A DNA stretch of 63,993 nt, the filler included, from Porpidia crustulata (lineage: Eukaryota), in assembly GCA_964255105.1 (NCBI GenBank). It is 17 parts of 17 records of this genome, joined end to end, with 100 filler letters (N's around TTAATTAATTAA, not from the genome) between each part and the next. Parts side by side here need not be neighbours in the genome. Positions count along the whole stretch, not along the records: positions 19,295 to 23,046 come from CAXUWE010002240.1; positions 23,147 to 26,891 come from CAXUWE010002241.1; positions 26,992 to 30,730 come from CAXUWE010002242.1; positions 30,831 to 34,565 come from CAXUWE010002243.1; 13 more parts are not named here. One strand, 5' to 3'. Below the pieces are notes generated by a model, which saw only the letters and a list, made by a program, of their open reading frames with translations, was not told the DNA's origin and did no database searches. A program made the position numbers and the translations under genes. Numbering within the stretch: position 1 is the first letter of the stretch; every line of letters begins with the position of its first letter. Of this stretch, positions 21,015 to 32,646 are shown piece after piece.

Positions 21015-22920
21015 TCACAGCGTCAATGCGCTGATGCTCATTATTCCCTCCTCTGCCTCCAGCTTCTTCACCACCGCTGGCGTCGCTTCCTTATCTACCC
21101 CCAAAATCATCAATGCTTCGTTACCTTTGGCCCCTTCGCCTCTGAACTCTTTATCTACAGATGCTACGCTCATGAAGTTGATGTTGAAGGATTCTTTGCC
21201 TAGCAGTGCTCCGACGGCTCCGATCTTTCCTGGACTATCATAGTTGTGGCATATCAGCAAGTGACCTTCTGGGATGAAGGATGTAGTGAAGCGCGACAGC
21301 CGAGAGATGTGGATCTGTGTTTGGGCAATATAGCCGGATATAATATGATCCTCTCGGTCTTGGCCGGGAGCGTTTGAAGGGACGGGACGAGCGCGGAGCG
21401 TGACCAGTGAGGAATATGTGGATGGCGTGGCATCGCGGGAATGAAGCTCATTGACAACGATCCCACGGTCCTTGGCAATTAAGTCGGCATTAACAATATT
21501 GACGTTCTCTGCCTGAGATGATATGGGCAAAGTGAGACCTTTGATCAGGGCTGCAAACAGGGGTTTCGTATTCGTCACGGTCGCGAGAGAGCCCTCATAA
21601 ACAAGGTCGAATGTGGTTCTAGCAATCGCCTGAGAGATTGCCTGTCCAGGCCTGGAATAATACTGTGTATACAGAGAACCCATCTTCTCGATCAGCCGGA
21701 CAAATGGCTGGAGCTTTGCGTACTCATCGGGCAAGATCAAAGGGGCATTGACCGCAGATCGAGGTAGATCTCCAGCAAGGATGGAAAGCACCTGGGAGCA
21801 CACGTCCGTGCTGACATTGTTCTGAGCTTCATGGGTTGACGCACCTAGATGAGGTGTCGCGATTACTCTCGGATGAGTGATCAACTTAGCAGCGGAGGAA
21901 GACGGCAATGGAGGCTCAGTGGTGAAAACGTCAATACCAGCGCCTGCAATGTGGTTGGATTCCAGGGCTTCTACAAGAGCCTCTTCGTCAATCATACCAC
22001 CTCGAGCAACGTTGAATATCCGAGAACCTTTCTTCATCATTTGTATCTCTTTCGCTGAGATCATGCCTTTGGTAGAGGCAATCAGTGGTGTGTGCAGTGT
22101 CAGGAAATCAGACGCTACTAGGAGATCTGACAAAGATGCCGCGAGTTTGACGTTGTTGGTGGCAGCAACTGCTTGGGAGGCGTACGGGTCCAAAGCTAGG
22201 ACATTCATCCCAAGGCCGATTGCCAGTCTCGCGACCGTGATACCAACTATCTCGAATTAAGTTCTCCACATGAGCGACCCTGATAGGCTGAGTGTCCATA
22301 CCTCTTCCAAAGCCTATGACACCGAGCGTCTTTCCCTTGACCTCAACACCAACAAGCCGGCTTCTTTCCCATTTCCCGGCTTTGAGACTTGCACATCCAT
22401 CGGGGATATTCCTGGCAACCGAAAGGATCAGAGCAACTGTATGCTCTGCGGCAGCCTAAGGAGGTCAGCAAATAAGCAGAGACGTTATTAGGATGGCTGA
22501 CTGGTCATACTTGAATGTTACCTGAGGGCGAGTTGACAACAATAACACCAAGTCTGGTGGCTGCCTTTAGGTCTAGGTGCCTTGCTGGTCAGCAAACGAC
22601 GCGATATTTTTCGATTCTGGGCTTTGTATTACCAACTGTATCTCCGTAAGTTATGTCCCGGCACTGATGTCTTTCAACCTCATACCATTATCTACACCGA
22701 CACCTGCCCTTGCTACTACCTTCAACCTCTTCCCTGCAGCTAGCAGTGGTGAAGTGACTTTGGTCTCTGAACGTACGATAAGAGCATCATAATTCGGTAT
22801 TCGAGCAACCATTTCGTCCGGAGACAGCCCTAATTGTTCATCGACATGCACAGTGGCGCGCAATAAAGCCAGTCCTTCTGGTGAGAGTTTCTCGGGTACC
22901 AGAACCTTGAGGGAATTCAT
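21015..22920 (-). CDS. D-3-phosphoglycerate dehydrogenase, long type I architecture (ASB + ACT domains)
   Basis: ALIVRSETKV, VVARAGVGVDNVDL (via microexon 22633-22635), NSPSGN, AAEHT, GKTLGVIGFGRVG, LHTPL, NVARGG, DVF..EP, TPHLGAST.EAQ; C-terminal NIVNA..IAK.RGI.V and ACT motif NYDSPGKIGAVG. Confidence 0.95.
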
Positions 22921-23046
22921 CCTGTGCTATGCAAAAGTACAAAGACAGAAAACGTAAGGCAAGGCTGGAACGAAGAGATTATGTAGTAGGGCAGAGAATC
23001 GTAAGTAATTATTGATACCTCATGGCGGAAAGCCGCGGAGAAAAGA

Positions 23047-23146
23047 NNNNNNNNNNNNNNNNNNNNNNNNNNNNNNNNNNNNNNNNNNNNTTAATTAATT
23101 AANNNNNNNNNNNNNNNNNNNNNNNNNNNNNNNNNNNNNNNNNNNN
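23047..23146. other. Artificial contig spacer
   Basis: 44N-TTAATTAATTAA-44N. Confidence 0.99.
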
Positions 23147-25025
23147 ACCGACCTGGACGATGACGTTGTAGGTCGCGGCGGTGATAGCGCGTTTTTGGAC
23201 GTCAAAGGTGTTTTCGCTGATCCAGGCTGAGACGATGGGGTGGAAGTACGGATCTAGAAGCTCTGTTCAGCCTGCCAGATATCTCACCGGATCCACAGCC
23301 TGGATGAACTTACATCCTGATATCATGGTCGTGAGCGCGAACCGACCCCATAGTTTCCCGTGCGCCGGGAGCCCCAGTAAAGCAATCAGCAAGGGCATAC
23401 ACCACAGTTCGCCAACGAAGCAATGCCACGTGCGTTCGCCGAAGAACTCGCTGCTCTTCGCTAGGGCAAGCATCAACACAATCTGCAGGACAGCGGACGG
23501 GATGGATAGCATGTTGCTGTCGAAAGTGGAGAAGCCGAGCCTCTTCAGGGTCAGCGATAGGTAGCCTTGGACGGGGGAGGCAGGAATGTAAGCGATCAGG
23601 CCGATGAAGTACAATCCCCACATGGAGGAATCGCTCCATGCATGTAGAATATCCCGAAGCTTGGCCGGCTCCTTGAGGGCAGTGAGACCCTTGGCTGGGT
23701 CATCGCGAAGGATGCGCTATGTCGATAAGCGCAGTTCCAGTGGCATGGCTGGAAAATGTGCTTACATTGGTCATGATGATTTCCTGACGCTCAGTGTACC
23801 ATGGCCTGCGCCATAGAACACCAGTAGTCCGGGTCGGTGAGGAGGGAAGGTATAGATAACTCTATAAGTCCAAACAGTGCATCAGCTGGTGTAACCAAAA
23901 GCCCCCAATATCAGTCAGGAGACAAAAGGGACAGGATCCTGGTGATGGGAGGTTTACAAAGAAGCCGATGAGGAACGTAAGGAGGCCCTCCAAGAGGAAC
24001 AGCCAGAACCAGCCAGGTTTGCCTGCCACACCACGCATCTTCAAGATACCCGCCGCAAGCAGGGAAGATATCACCCGAGCGACCTGTATACACATGTCCG
24101 GTAAGCCGATGTTGCAATTCGGCAATGCAGGTCTTACATTGAGAGTTGACCAAAAAAAGGCCAGCCGCAAGGCGAGTTCTTTGGATTTGTAGAAATACGT
24201 GGTGAACAGTATTATGCCAGGAATGAAGCCACCCTCGCAGGCACCGATGAGGGCTCTGGTGATGTAGAAGGCCGCTCGATTGGTCATCCACGCTTGGAAC
24301 GCGGCTGCTGGTGTATTAACGAGCAATCCCACACGAAAAACAATATAGTTTGGACGGACAAACGAGACCCCACAGCATCATCATGAAGGGTAGGATTTGC
24401 TTGAAACCATATCGCTTGATGAGAAGTTGTACTGGGAGCTCTGCAGCAAGAAAGCAGAGAAGCTGGATCGTGGTTCCCTAGAATACTGTGAATCGGCCAA
24501 TTCGGTTCATTTGATTAGTTGCTGACCGGCATACATTATTGTAATCATTCGAATCCATTTTCAGATCCTTGAGCAAGTTGTCCGTCAGGGCATTCTGTAG
24601 GTTACCGCGATCGAGTTGCAGGCCGAAGAACTGCAGGCAGCCTTGTCAACACTGCTGATTCTCCCTAGGAATACCGCATTCCTCACCATCAAGCAGACCC
24701 AGGTTAGCAGATAAAAGTCTGTCTTGCGGACCACGGCCGCCTCTTCACCTGGCGTCCATGTTGCCAACGGATCCCAGCGATGTACACCTTCATAGGACTC
24801 ATGCGGTGGAATGCTGTTCGAGAGATTTTCAATCCCAACTTGGACATCGGAGTGCTGAGAGACCGAGGCTTGAAAACTATCAGTTTTCTTAAGAGAAGAA
24901 GCCAAGCCCTTCTCTACTCTCGTCGGCAATATGTTTTCCATGTCTGTCGAGTCTTGAAGCAGAGGCTGTTGTTCCTCGTTGACATCTATGTCAACATCAT
25001 CGCCATCGGGATCCGGGTCAGTCAT
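23147..25025 (-). CDS. MFS anion:cation symporter, Dal5/Soa1-like (3'-partial)
   Basis: YEGVHRWDP.ATWT..EE..VVRKTD, FFGLQLDRGN, LTDNLL.DL....DYNNG, R.LIG.CEGGFIPG, GWFWLFLLEG, WISENTFDVQKRAI; multiple canonical introns. Confidence 0.92.
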
Positions 25026-25707
25026 TGAGACTAATAAGGCGTGCTCCGGTCCGTCTATTGCGGAGTAAATGTCGGTCGCTGTTGATAGGATAGAGAGTGG
25101 TGGGCGGGCAGTCGCGCAATGCTGGATGTGGTTAGAGCAGAACTTACCTACGAAATCGTCCCGCCCAGGACGTTTCCCAAAACGTCAATTTGTCAAACGG
25201 TGCATGTCAAGTGTCAAGTCAGCCAGAAGTGTGTATGATAGTATAGGTGCTTAAGTGTGGGATGCAACGACACTTGCCGTGGAGTTGGATGTCCCCATTT
25301 TCCTTGGCTTTTCTTTGAAATTCGGAGTTGACCAACGCCAGTTCTTCAGATGGCTGCCAACACGACACGACGCAAGAATCAATTTATCAACGTTAAAAGA
25401 GCACTGAATTCCAATCTTTAGTATCATCGAACATGCTAAGAGACCAAGATTACACATTAGCTTGTGCCTATCAGCTGGCATGGCCTGCCTCCTCTGTAGC
25501 GCATCACATACTTTCATGTACCCCTCACGTTACACAGCCCAAGTATGGCACCTTTCCTGACTTTTTAATATTTTCCCCCTCGACCGGCTCCGTCGGAAGA
25601 TTGGACATTTCATACGAGATTATGATTATACGAGTATATAGTGTCCGTCATGTATGACGCAAAACCTCTGGCTGTTCCTTTCTTCAAAGAGCGAAGAATG
25701 TGTAAAC

Positions 25708-26891
25708 ATGGGATCTCTTGGAATCAGCGAAATATCGAGGCCGTCTGGAAGCCAGGATAAGCATTTCATTCGTGGAGGACACGATCAAGCTCGAACTCGA
25801 TGCCTGGAGCCTCTTGCTTATTCCGGCTCTCTGGATGAGTATTACTATCATGAACTTACCACTGCCATTGGTCGAGAATTCGATGGGCTGCAAGTGGTCG
25901 ACCTCCTTGAGTCCGCTCAAAGCGATCAATTGATCAGAGATCTTGCCATCACAGGTTACGATATATTCTACACGATTAGTCAAGTATCTGATACCCATTA
26001 GTCTCTGAACGTGGTGTCGTTTTCCTACGTAATCAGACTGTCAACCCAACGCAGATGCGTCAACTCTGTGAGAAGTTGTCCTTTCTGGCATGCAGCGTCC
26101 GTTATAACTTTCTGTATCCTCTGTGTCTCTCAGGAGCGAAGAAGCTGAATCATGAGATCGACGGGTATAGCCCGAATCCTCAGGTCTCCACGTCCATCCC
26201 CTCACAGAAGCAGGCAGCGAACTTGGCGACCAAGTCAGCGTCATTAGCAGCGAGAAGCAAAAGAAAGGGGGCGGCCTTACCCATCAGCTCAGTGACACGA
26301 GCCGGTTCGCCAGTGTAGGATGGCATTCTGATATCACCTTTGAGCCTGTGCCGTCAGACTATGCGATGCTGAAGATTCATACCTTGCCTCCCACAGGCGG
26401 TGATACGGTACTTCCTCATGCTCCTCTGTGCTGGTAACCACACTGAAAGTATCAGCTCTGGGCTTCCGGGTACGAGATCTACGACCGCCTGTCTCTCGAG
26501 ATGGCCGCTTTCCTAGAACGCCTAACAGCAACCCACGACGCCAAATTCTTCATCGAGGAAGGCCTCCGTCTCGGCAATCCGTTGCGCATCGAACCTCGTG
26601 GCTCTGTGCTGAACCGTGGCTTGAAACTCGAAGCGGTGCATCCGGTCATTCGAACCAATCGTCAGCTTCCCTCCCCCCCACTTCCTCTCCCATTCTTACG
26701 CAAACGACTCATTCTAACACAACCCCAGCTGTCACCGGCTGGAAATCCCTCTTCGTAAACAAAGGCTTCACAAAACGCATCAACGGCGTCACCAAAGACG
26801 AATCCGACCTCTTACTGAACTACCTCCTCAACGTCAGCCCCCCCTCTCTTCTTCTTCATCCCCTTCATCCCAAAATTTCCCACAAAACCCC
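25708..26891 (+). CDS. TauD/TfdA-family 2-oxoglutarate-dependent dioxygenase (sulfonate dioxygenase-like, 3'-partial)
   Basis: Spliced: TTAIGREF, RDLAIT/VSERGVVFLRNQ, GWHSDITFE (HxD), LPPTGGDT/LWASGY, HPVIRTN, TGWKSLFVN.GFT.RING. Confidence 0.93.
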
Positions 26892-26991
26892 NNNNNNNNN
26901 NNNNNNNNNNNNNNNNNNNNNNNNNNNNNNNNNNNTTAATTAATTAANNNNNNNNNNNNNNNNNNNNNNNNNNNNNNNNNNNNNNNNNNNN
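26892..26991. other. Artificial contig spacer
   Basis: 44N-TTAATTAATTAA-44N. Confidence 0.99.
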
Positions 26992-27362
26992 GGAATATTG
27001 CGCACGATACCGGGGGAAATGATTTGGGGGAATTCTGATGCTGGTGACTCAGATTGGCGGAGGGGTTGAATGTTTATCATCAAACCCATCTAGTCCGTTT
27101 AGCCACGGTATATATCTACGACCTTACGGTCCCCAACGTTGATTAAGTGGCCGCTTAACATTGGAAAAGCAAAATTTAGAGTCGATAGAGGCGAACAAGC
27201 GAGTTGCGGAATGCATGTGGGAAGGTAGAACGAGCCAAACACTTGTCTCAATAAAACGATCCGCTAAACGTAGTTAGACGATGGGTCGCTTCGTGTTGAA
27301 GCGTCCGGATCACCTCATAATCTGGAAACTGTACTCGGCAGATTCGAACTACTTGCGGCCTG

Positions 27363-27383
27363 CTGGGTCCTGGGTCCTGGGTC
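27363..27383 (+). repeat. (CTGGGTC)x3 short tandem repeat
   Basis: ctgggtc ctgggtc ctgggtc. Confidence 0.7.
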
Positions 27384-27477
27384 ACAGAAGCAGGAGGTGA
27401 AGTGCAAGAAAACGGGTACAAAGGACGGAAAATTCTAGGTCCCGGTCAAGACATTCCCCCGCAGAAAGCTCACTCGC

Positions 27478-29628
27478 TCAAGCCAGAAGCTGATCAACCG
27501 TCTTCCCTACATTCAGCGTCCTCAAATCCCCGTAATGCTGTCCAACCCCCAAGAAAACCACCGGGATCCCTGTTGCATGCACCATACTAACCAAAGTTCC
27601 TACCATGTCCCCAACCGTGTCACACTTACTTATGATGAATCCATCCAGTCTTCTCTTCCCTCCAAAAGCCGCGTTGAAGTTCCGGGCCTGGGCTACACTA
27701 TCACTTCCAACAAGAGCTTCTCCAACCATGAGGATCTTGTCTGGCTGTGCAAAGGTTGCAAACTTTTCTAGCGAAGACATTAGACGTGCGTCATTGTGGC
27801 GACGGCCGGCAGTATCGATTAGGACGACGTCGAATTGCTGCTGTACAGCATATGAAACGGCATCCTTGGCGATGTTCGCTGCATCTTTACCATACCCCTT
27901 CTCGTAAAGCTCGACTTTGCCCAAGCCTTCGCGGTCAGAGAGTTCCTTCAAGTTGCGGGCATGAACACGCAGCTGTTCGACAGCGCCAGAGCGAAAGGTA
28001 TCACAGGCGGCTATGAGGAGCTTGAAATTGTTTTGAAGAAGGAAGAATGCGAGTTTGGATAGGTTTGTGGATTTACCGACTCCGTTCACACCAACAATAG
28101 AGATGACATAGGGCCGCCGGGGTGTGAGAGACAAGGAGGAGGGAGCAGTGACTGCGGTAATGGAGCGGAGAATATCAAGGGAGGTGGTGGGGGTGAGGAT
28201 TTTGCGAAGAGAAGATTCCATTGCGGTACGGATTGTCGATTCAACGCCTTGCATGGGAAATTAGCCATTAAAGAACAGCAAGAAAAAGACCAAACGTACT
28301 TTCAAAGTTCCCAGTTTTTACGCCTATCAATTCTCTTTGCACGCCGTCGCATAACCTCACGGCAGCCTCTCTTGCGACGTTTTTCTTTAGTAGATGCTCT
28401 TCCATTCCCTTCATCGATTTCTCAAGATCCTCTCTTGTTAAAACTTTCCCACCGATAACATTCCGGAACAGCCCACTAATGGCACCTAAGCTCGATCCTA
28501 CTACACCGACCGCTGAAGATGAAGGTTTCTTCTTCTCATTCGCGCCCTGTAGAATCGAATGGACTTCATCGTCAAGATCCTTGAGCACAAATTGGCCCTT
28601 TCCAGTCCTGGTGCCGAATGATGCCGGATCGATTATGTCTATGCCGACTCCTCGATTGGAGGCGTCATTCGTAGATTCGGTACCATCGACGCCTGCCACA
28701 GAATAATCGAGCACTACTCCGTCCTCTTCCTCTGCCATACCATCAGCGTCCCATCTTCTCATTTTCTTTGCGACAGTCTTCGCCGGCTTTGATTTGGTTC
28801 TTGACACTTCATCCCCGGAAGAAGCATTTGCTGATGCTGCGGTCTTTCTGGCTCTCCGGGAACCACCTTTAGGACCCGACTTTACGGATAGGAGATGACT
28901 GGCGAGAGGAGTAGTAGGTCTAGAGTTTTCTGGCGTAGGTAGGGGAGTAATACCGGCTGATGAACTACTGGGTTTTACTCCCTTCTGATGACCTAGAATA
29001 AACGCCTATATTAGTCCTGGAGGCCCATTATTAGGGCAGCACCGGCTTACTACTCAGTAGCCCTGGAGGTGGTGGTGGAGGCTCGTAGCTGCTATTATCT
29101 GTATGGGCCAGTGGTGTAAGGTCATCTAGCTGTGATGCTCTATACGTATTTTGCTCTGCCGTATCCTCCAGCTCCTTCACTTGCTGATCAAAGTATCCAT
29201 CAAAGTCGCATTGAACAGCGCTTGTATGCGGTTTCTTGAGCTGATCTTTGTAGAGATCTACAAAAATGACTCGAATGTTATCCAAGAGCTTGTCAACCCA
29301 AGAGAGATGAAGCAGAGACTGGTAAACCGCCTAGAACGAATTCCCATCAGTAACAGTAGATGACCATAGCTCTAGTCTTGTGCATACGAACAACAAAGAT
29401 GAGACCTAGATCCTTCACACTGGCCCATCTCAGCGTATATTGGTCCTTCTTGTATGTAGGATTCTTCGCTGCTGAGGCATCGTCTGACAGGCCTGCCGCT
29501 GGAGTGACTTTCTCTTCAATGAACACATCCTTGATAAACCCATTGACGATACTGGAGCTCACTGGTGCATATGATTTTGACCAGAGGACAACTCCTGAGG
29601 TTGACAGTATTTCAAATCCGTCCAACAT
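27478..29628 (-). CDS. SRP101: Signal recognition particle receptor alpha subunit
   Basis: N-terminus MLDGFEILSTSGVVLWS (SRX domain); GTPase motifs GVNGVGKSTNLSK, DTFRSGAVEQL, DTAGR, VGEALVG, SKCDT; several introns. Confidence 0.97.
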
Positions 29629-29844
29629 ATTTCGGACGATAACTTGACAATCGCTGATATGGCCTCTTAGGCGACAGGAATGGAAATCGAGTTCCGCTCC
29701 GCAAACCCCGGTCTAGCGCTATGGGCATCTGTTTATATTCATTTGGAAGCCACTGTACATCATAAAGTTACTGCCCTAAACCAGAATCTCTCTCACCACG
29801 GTACCATTTAACGAGAGCGTACCTCTAGCACCAAGCGACAGGCA

Positions 29845-30730
29845 ATGCAACGGTCCTCATACGCTCCACCTCCAGCGCACTCGCCCCCGCTCCATCACCC
29901 TGTCCCTCAACATGTTTCCACCGTTCCAATGATGCGCTCTCCTCCACCTCCCCAATCCCAGGGGAGTAATTATGGAAGTCCTTATGGCGGCCAAATGGGC
30001 CAAGGGCAGCAAGGGGCGGTTGGAGGAGGACCGTTCGCCCCATCATTTGGAGGTTTCATGAATGATCAGACTGCGCAAATGGGCTTTCAAGTGGGCAAGA
30101 CAGCATTGAACGCTGGGCAAGAATATATGGAGCAAAATGTATGCACTATAGACTGTGCGTCCCCTTCGATCTCTAGAAAGACTAATATTCGAATAGATAA
30201 ACCGCTACGTCTCCGTCGGCGCTCTAAAACACTACTTCAACGTCACCACCCCCTACGTCCTCCGTAAACTCCTCCTCGTTCTTTTCCCCTGGCGTCACAA
30301 ACCCTGGTCACGCCAACAACGCCCCTCCACCACCTCAGGTGCTCAGGACTCGGCCTCCTACAGCTACTACTTCCTCCCACCCTGCGACGATCTCAACTCC
30401 CCAGATATGTACATCCCCGTCATGGCCTTCGTCACCTACATCCTCCTCTCCACGCTCCTCGCAGGCCTACGCGGCGCATTTCACCCGGAAGTCATGGGCT
30501 TAACCGCCACCACCGCCTTCGTAGTCGTGGTGCTCGAGATTCTAGGCCTCAAGTTCGGCACATACATCCTGAGCATCAGCAACGACAGCCAACTGCTCGA
30601 CCTCGTCGCCTATTCCGGCTATAAATTCGTCGGTGTCATCGTTACTCTTGTCATCTCCGAAATCTTAAACCGAGGCGCCGGCACCGGCGGATGGGCCGGC
30701 TGGACCATCTTCACCTACACCTTCCTCGCC
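29845..30730 (+). CDS. YIF1: ER-Golgi transport membrane protein Yif1/Hrf1 (3'-partial)
   Basis: TAQMGFQVG, LKHYFNVTTPYVLRKL.LVLFPW.HKPW, DDLNSPDMYIPVMAFVTY, LLDLVAYSGYKFVG; intron after QEYMEQN. Confidence 0.95.
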
Positions 30731-30830
30731 NNNNNNNNNNNNNNNNNNNNNNNNNNNNNNNNNNNNNNNNNNNNTTAATTAATTAANNNNNNNNNNNNNN
30801 NNNNNNNNNNNNNNNNNNNNNNNNNNNNNN
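30731..30830. other. Artificial contig spacer
   Basis: 44N-TTAATTAATTAA-44N. Confidence 0.99.
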
Positions 30831-31904
30831 GGTTTTTGGGGTGGGGTTTACCTTTTATTGGCTGGTCGTTCATGAAGTCGTGGGCCATGTGCTCCACGCC
30901 GTTGCAGGAGATGGCCTGAGCGATAACGGGGGCTAGATCTTGATTGATGATGCGCCCAGGCACATGGGGAAGCTTTTGTTTGAGAGCAGCGCACTGATGA
31001 CCGAAACCACCACCGACATCAACGAATAGCGGAGCGTCGGGGATGATCCCATGACAGTGTTCTTTTGCAAAGTCGTAAACGTCGAGGAAGATGTTCTGCC
31101 CCTCGCGGTTGGCAGCCATCCACAAGCTGACATTCCTGCAGCGGTTTGGCTCGCTCACGACGAACTCGAATGCCAATTGCTGTGTATTGTGGCCTTTCTG
31201 GAGGGGGCAGTGAGCGGCATCGGACGGGTTCTGATAGTTTGTCTCGGCGAGGAATTTGGGTAGGACTTGCCAGCAGGGTAAAATATTATCGTGACTTGCA
31301 TTTGGTAACGTTAGTATGTCTGCGTAGCTTTTTATACAAAGTCGGTGTTACTGATGGTGAATCCCGGCCTTCAAGCCAGGAATACTCAAAGTCTTAGTGA
31401 TAGCACCGGCTTGCCATTGAGCTTCGTCAACCTCCACGATCATGCCGACACTAGCTAAGTAGCGTAATAGGCGACCTATGGTCATTATTCAGCGCTACGG
31501 ATGGAGTATCGACCGGCGTCCTAGCACCCTATTGGCGTACCGAGAAGAAGTTCGTCCGCCTTTGTGATTTCAGAAAGCTGTCGTGTGCCGAACACAGAAC
31601 CATCTTGCTTTGCCAAGGTCTCAAACAGTTCCAGGTCGCTGGCGATCTTAGCGACCGTGGTCTGGAGGGACTGTATAGGACCGACTTTTTTAGTATCGAG
31701 GACAACAAGGCATTTAACGGAGAGGCGTACGGTGTAGGCGATACGTTGGATTGACTCTCCAGGAGTCTCCAAAGCGAAGCTCGCATCCCTAATAGCCTGG
31801 GACAAGCTCTCACGAGCGGCTTCATCGTGGATTTCAGATGCTTTGAGGTTTCCCAGCTGCCTCACCAGACTTGGAATGTCTGGGTGGTCAGTTATAGAGC
31901 CCAT
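30831..31904 (-). CDS. O-methyltransferase, fungal secondary-metabolism type (3'-partial)
   Basis: Spliced: LETPGESIQR, DLELFE.L, RLLRYLAS.G, FVDVGGGFGHQC, QDL..VI, AHDF...QPIKG. Confidence 0.92.
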
Positions 31905-32646
31905 CTCGTAGCAAGTGGTTGGACGGATCGATTACGGAAAGACGAACAGAGTACGGATAAAGTAATGGAACAGAAAAGCAGAACATAGCTGGAGCTGAAG
32001 CCATAGCTATCATTTAGCAAGGCTGAGCCCGCTACTTCTCAGCTGTCTCGAATCATCGATGTACCTCAACGCCATCGAATGGGGATGAGAACTTCCATCC
32101 CTGCACGCCTAGAGTGGGAGTGCCGTATTGTGTTTTAGAAATCCATAATCTTTCATCATCCGTGGTCCCTCCGCCCTCAACGTACTCCATACCCTCATTG
32201 GATGGCTCCTAATGAAGTCAAACTCTGTAGTTTACCAGTCTTTCGTGGGCCATGTTCGAGCGCGGTTTATGGAAGTGTGCGCGAATATGGCTACGAAACA
32301 CTGCTGACGACGTTTATGGCCAATTGATATCAACTTGACCAGTAGCCTGCATACAGAAGTGACCAGGAGGCTGATCGACGATTATATACTGTAGCCTCTA
32401 CTCGCATTCATCTCAAGCTCAAACTAGTCAGAGTAACCCTAACCCTAGGCTAGCTGCTCCGTTGAGGGGTGAATGCGAGTACAATGAATCTACGTGTTTC
32501 CCGACGCGCCTGATGTAGTAGTTGCCCACTTCACGCCCTGGCAGCTCGACTGATGGAAACGAATGATCCTGAAATCTTTCATAGGCGACGGAAAGTGTAA
32601 AAAGACGATATTAAGCTGATAATACTCAGCAATGGCATAAAAAGCC

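Noticed and set aside
32434..32447. Telomere
   Set aside because: Only about two TAACCC units, internal to a contig; kept only as a possible promoter motif.
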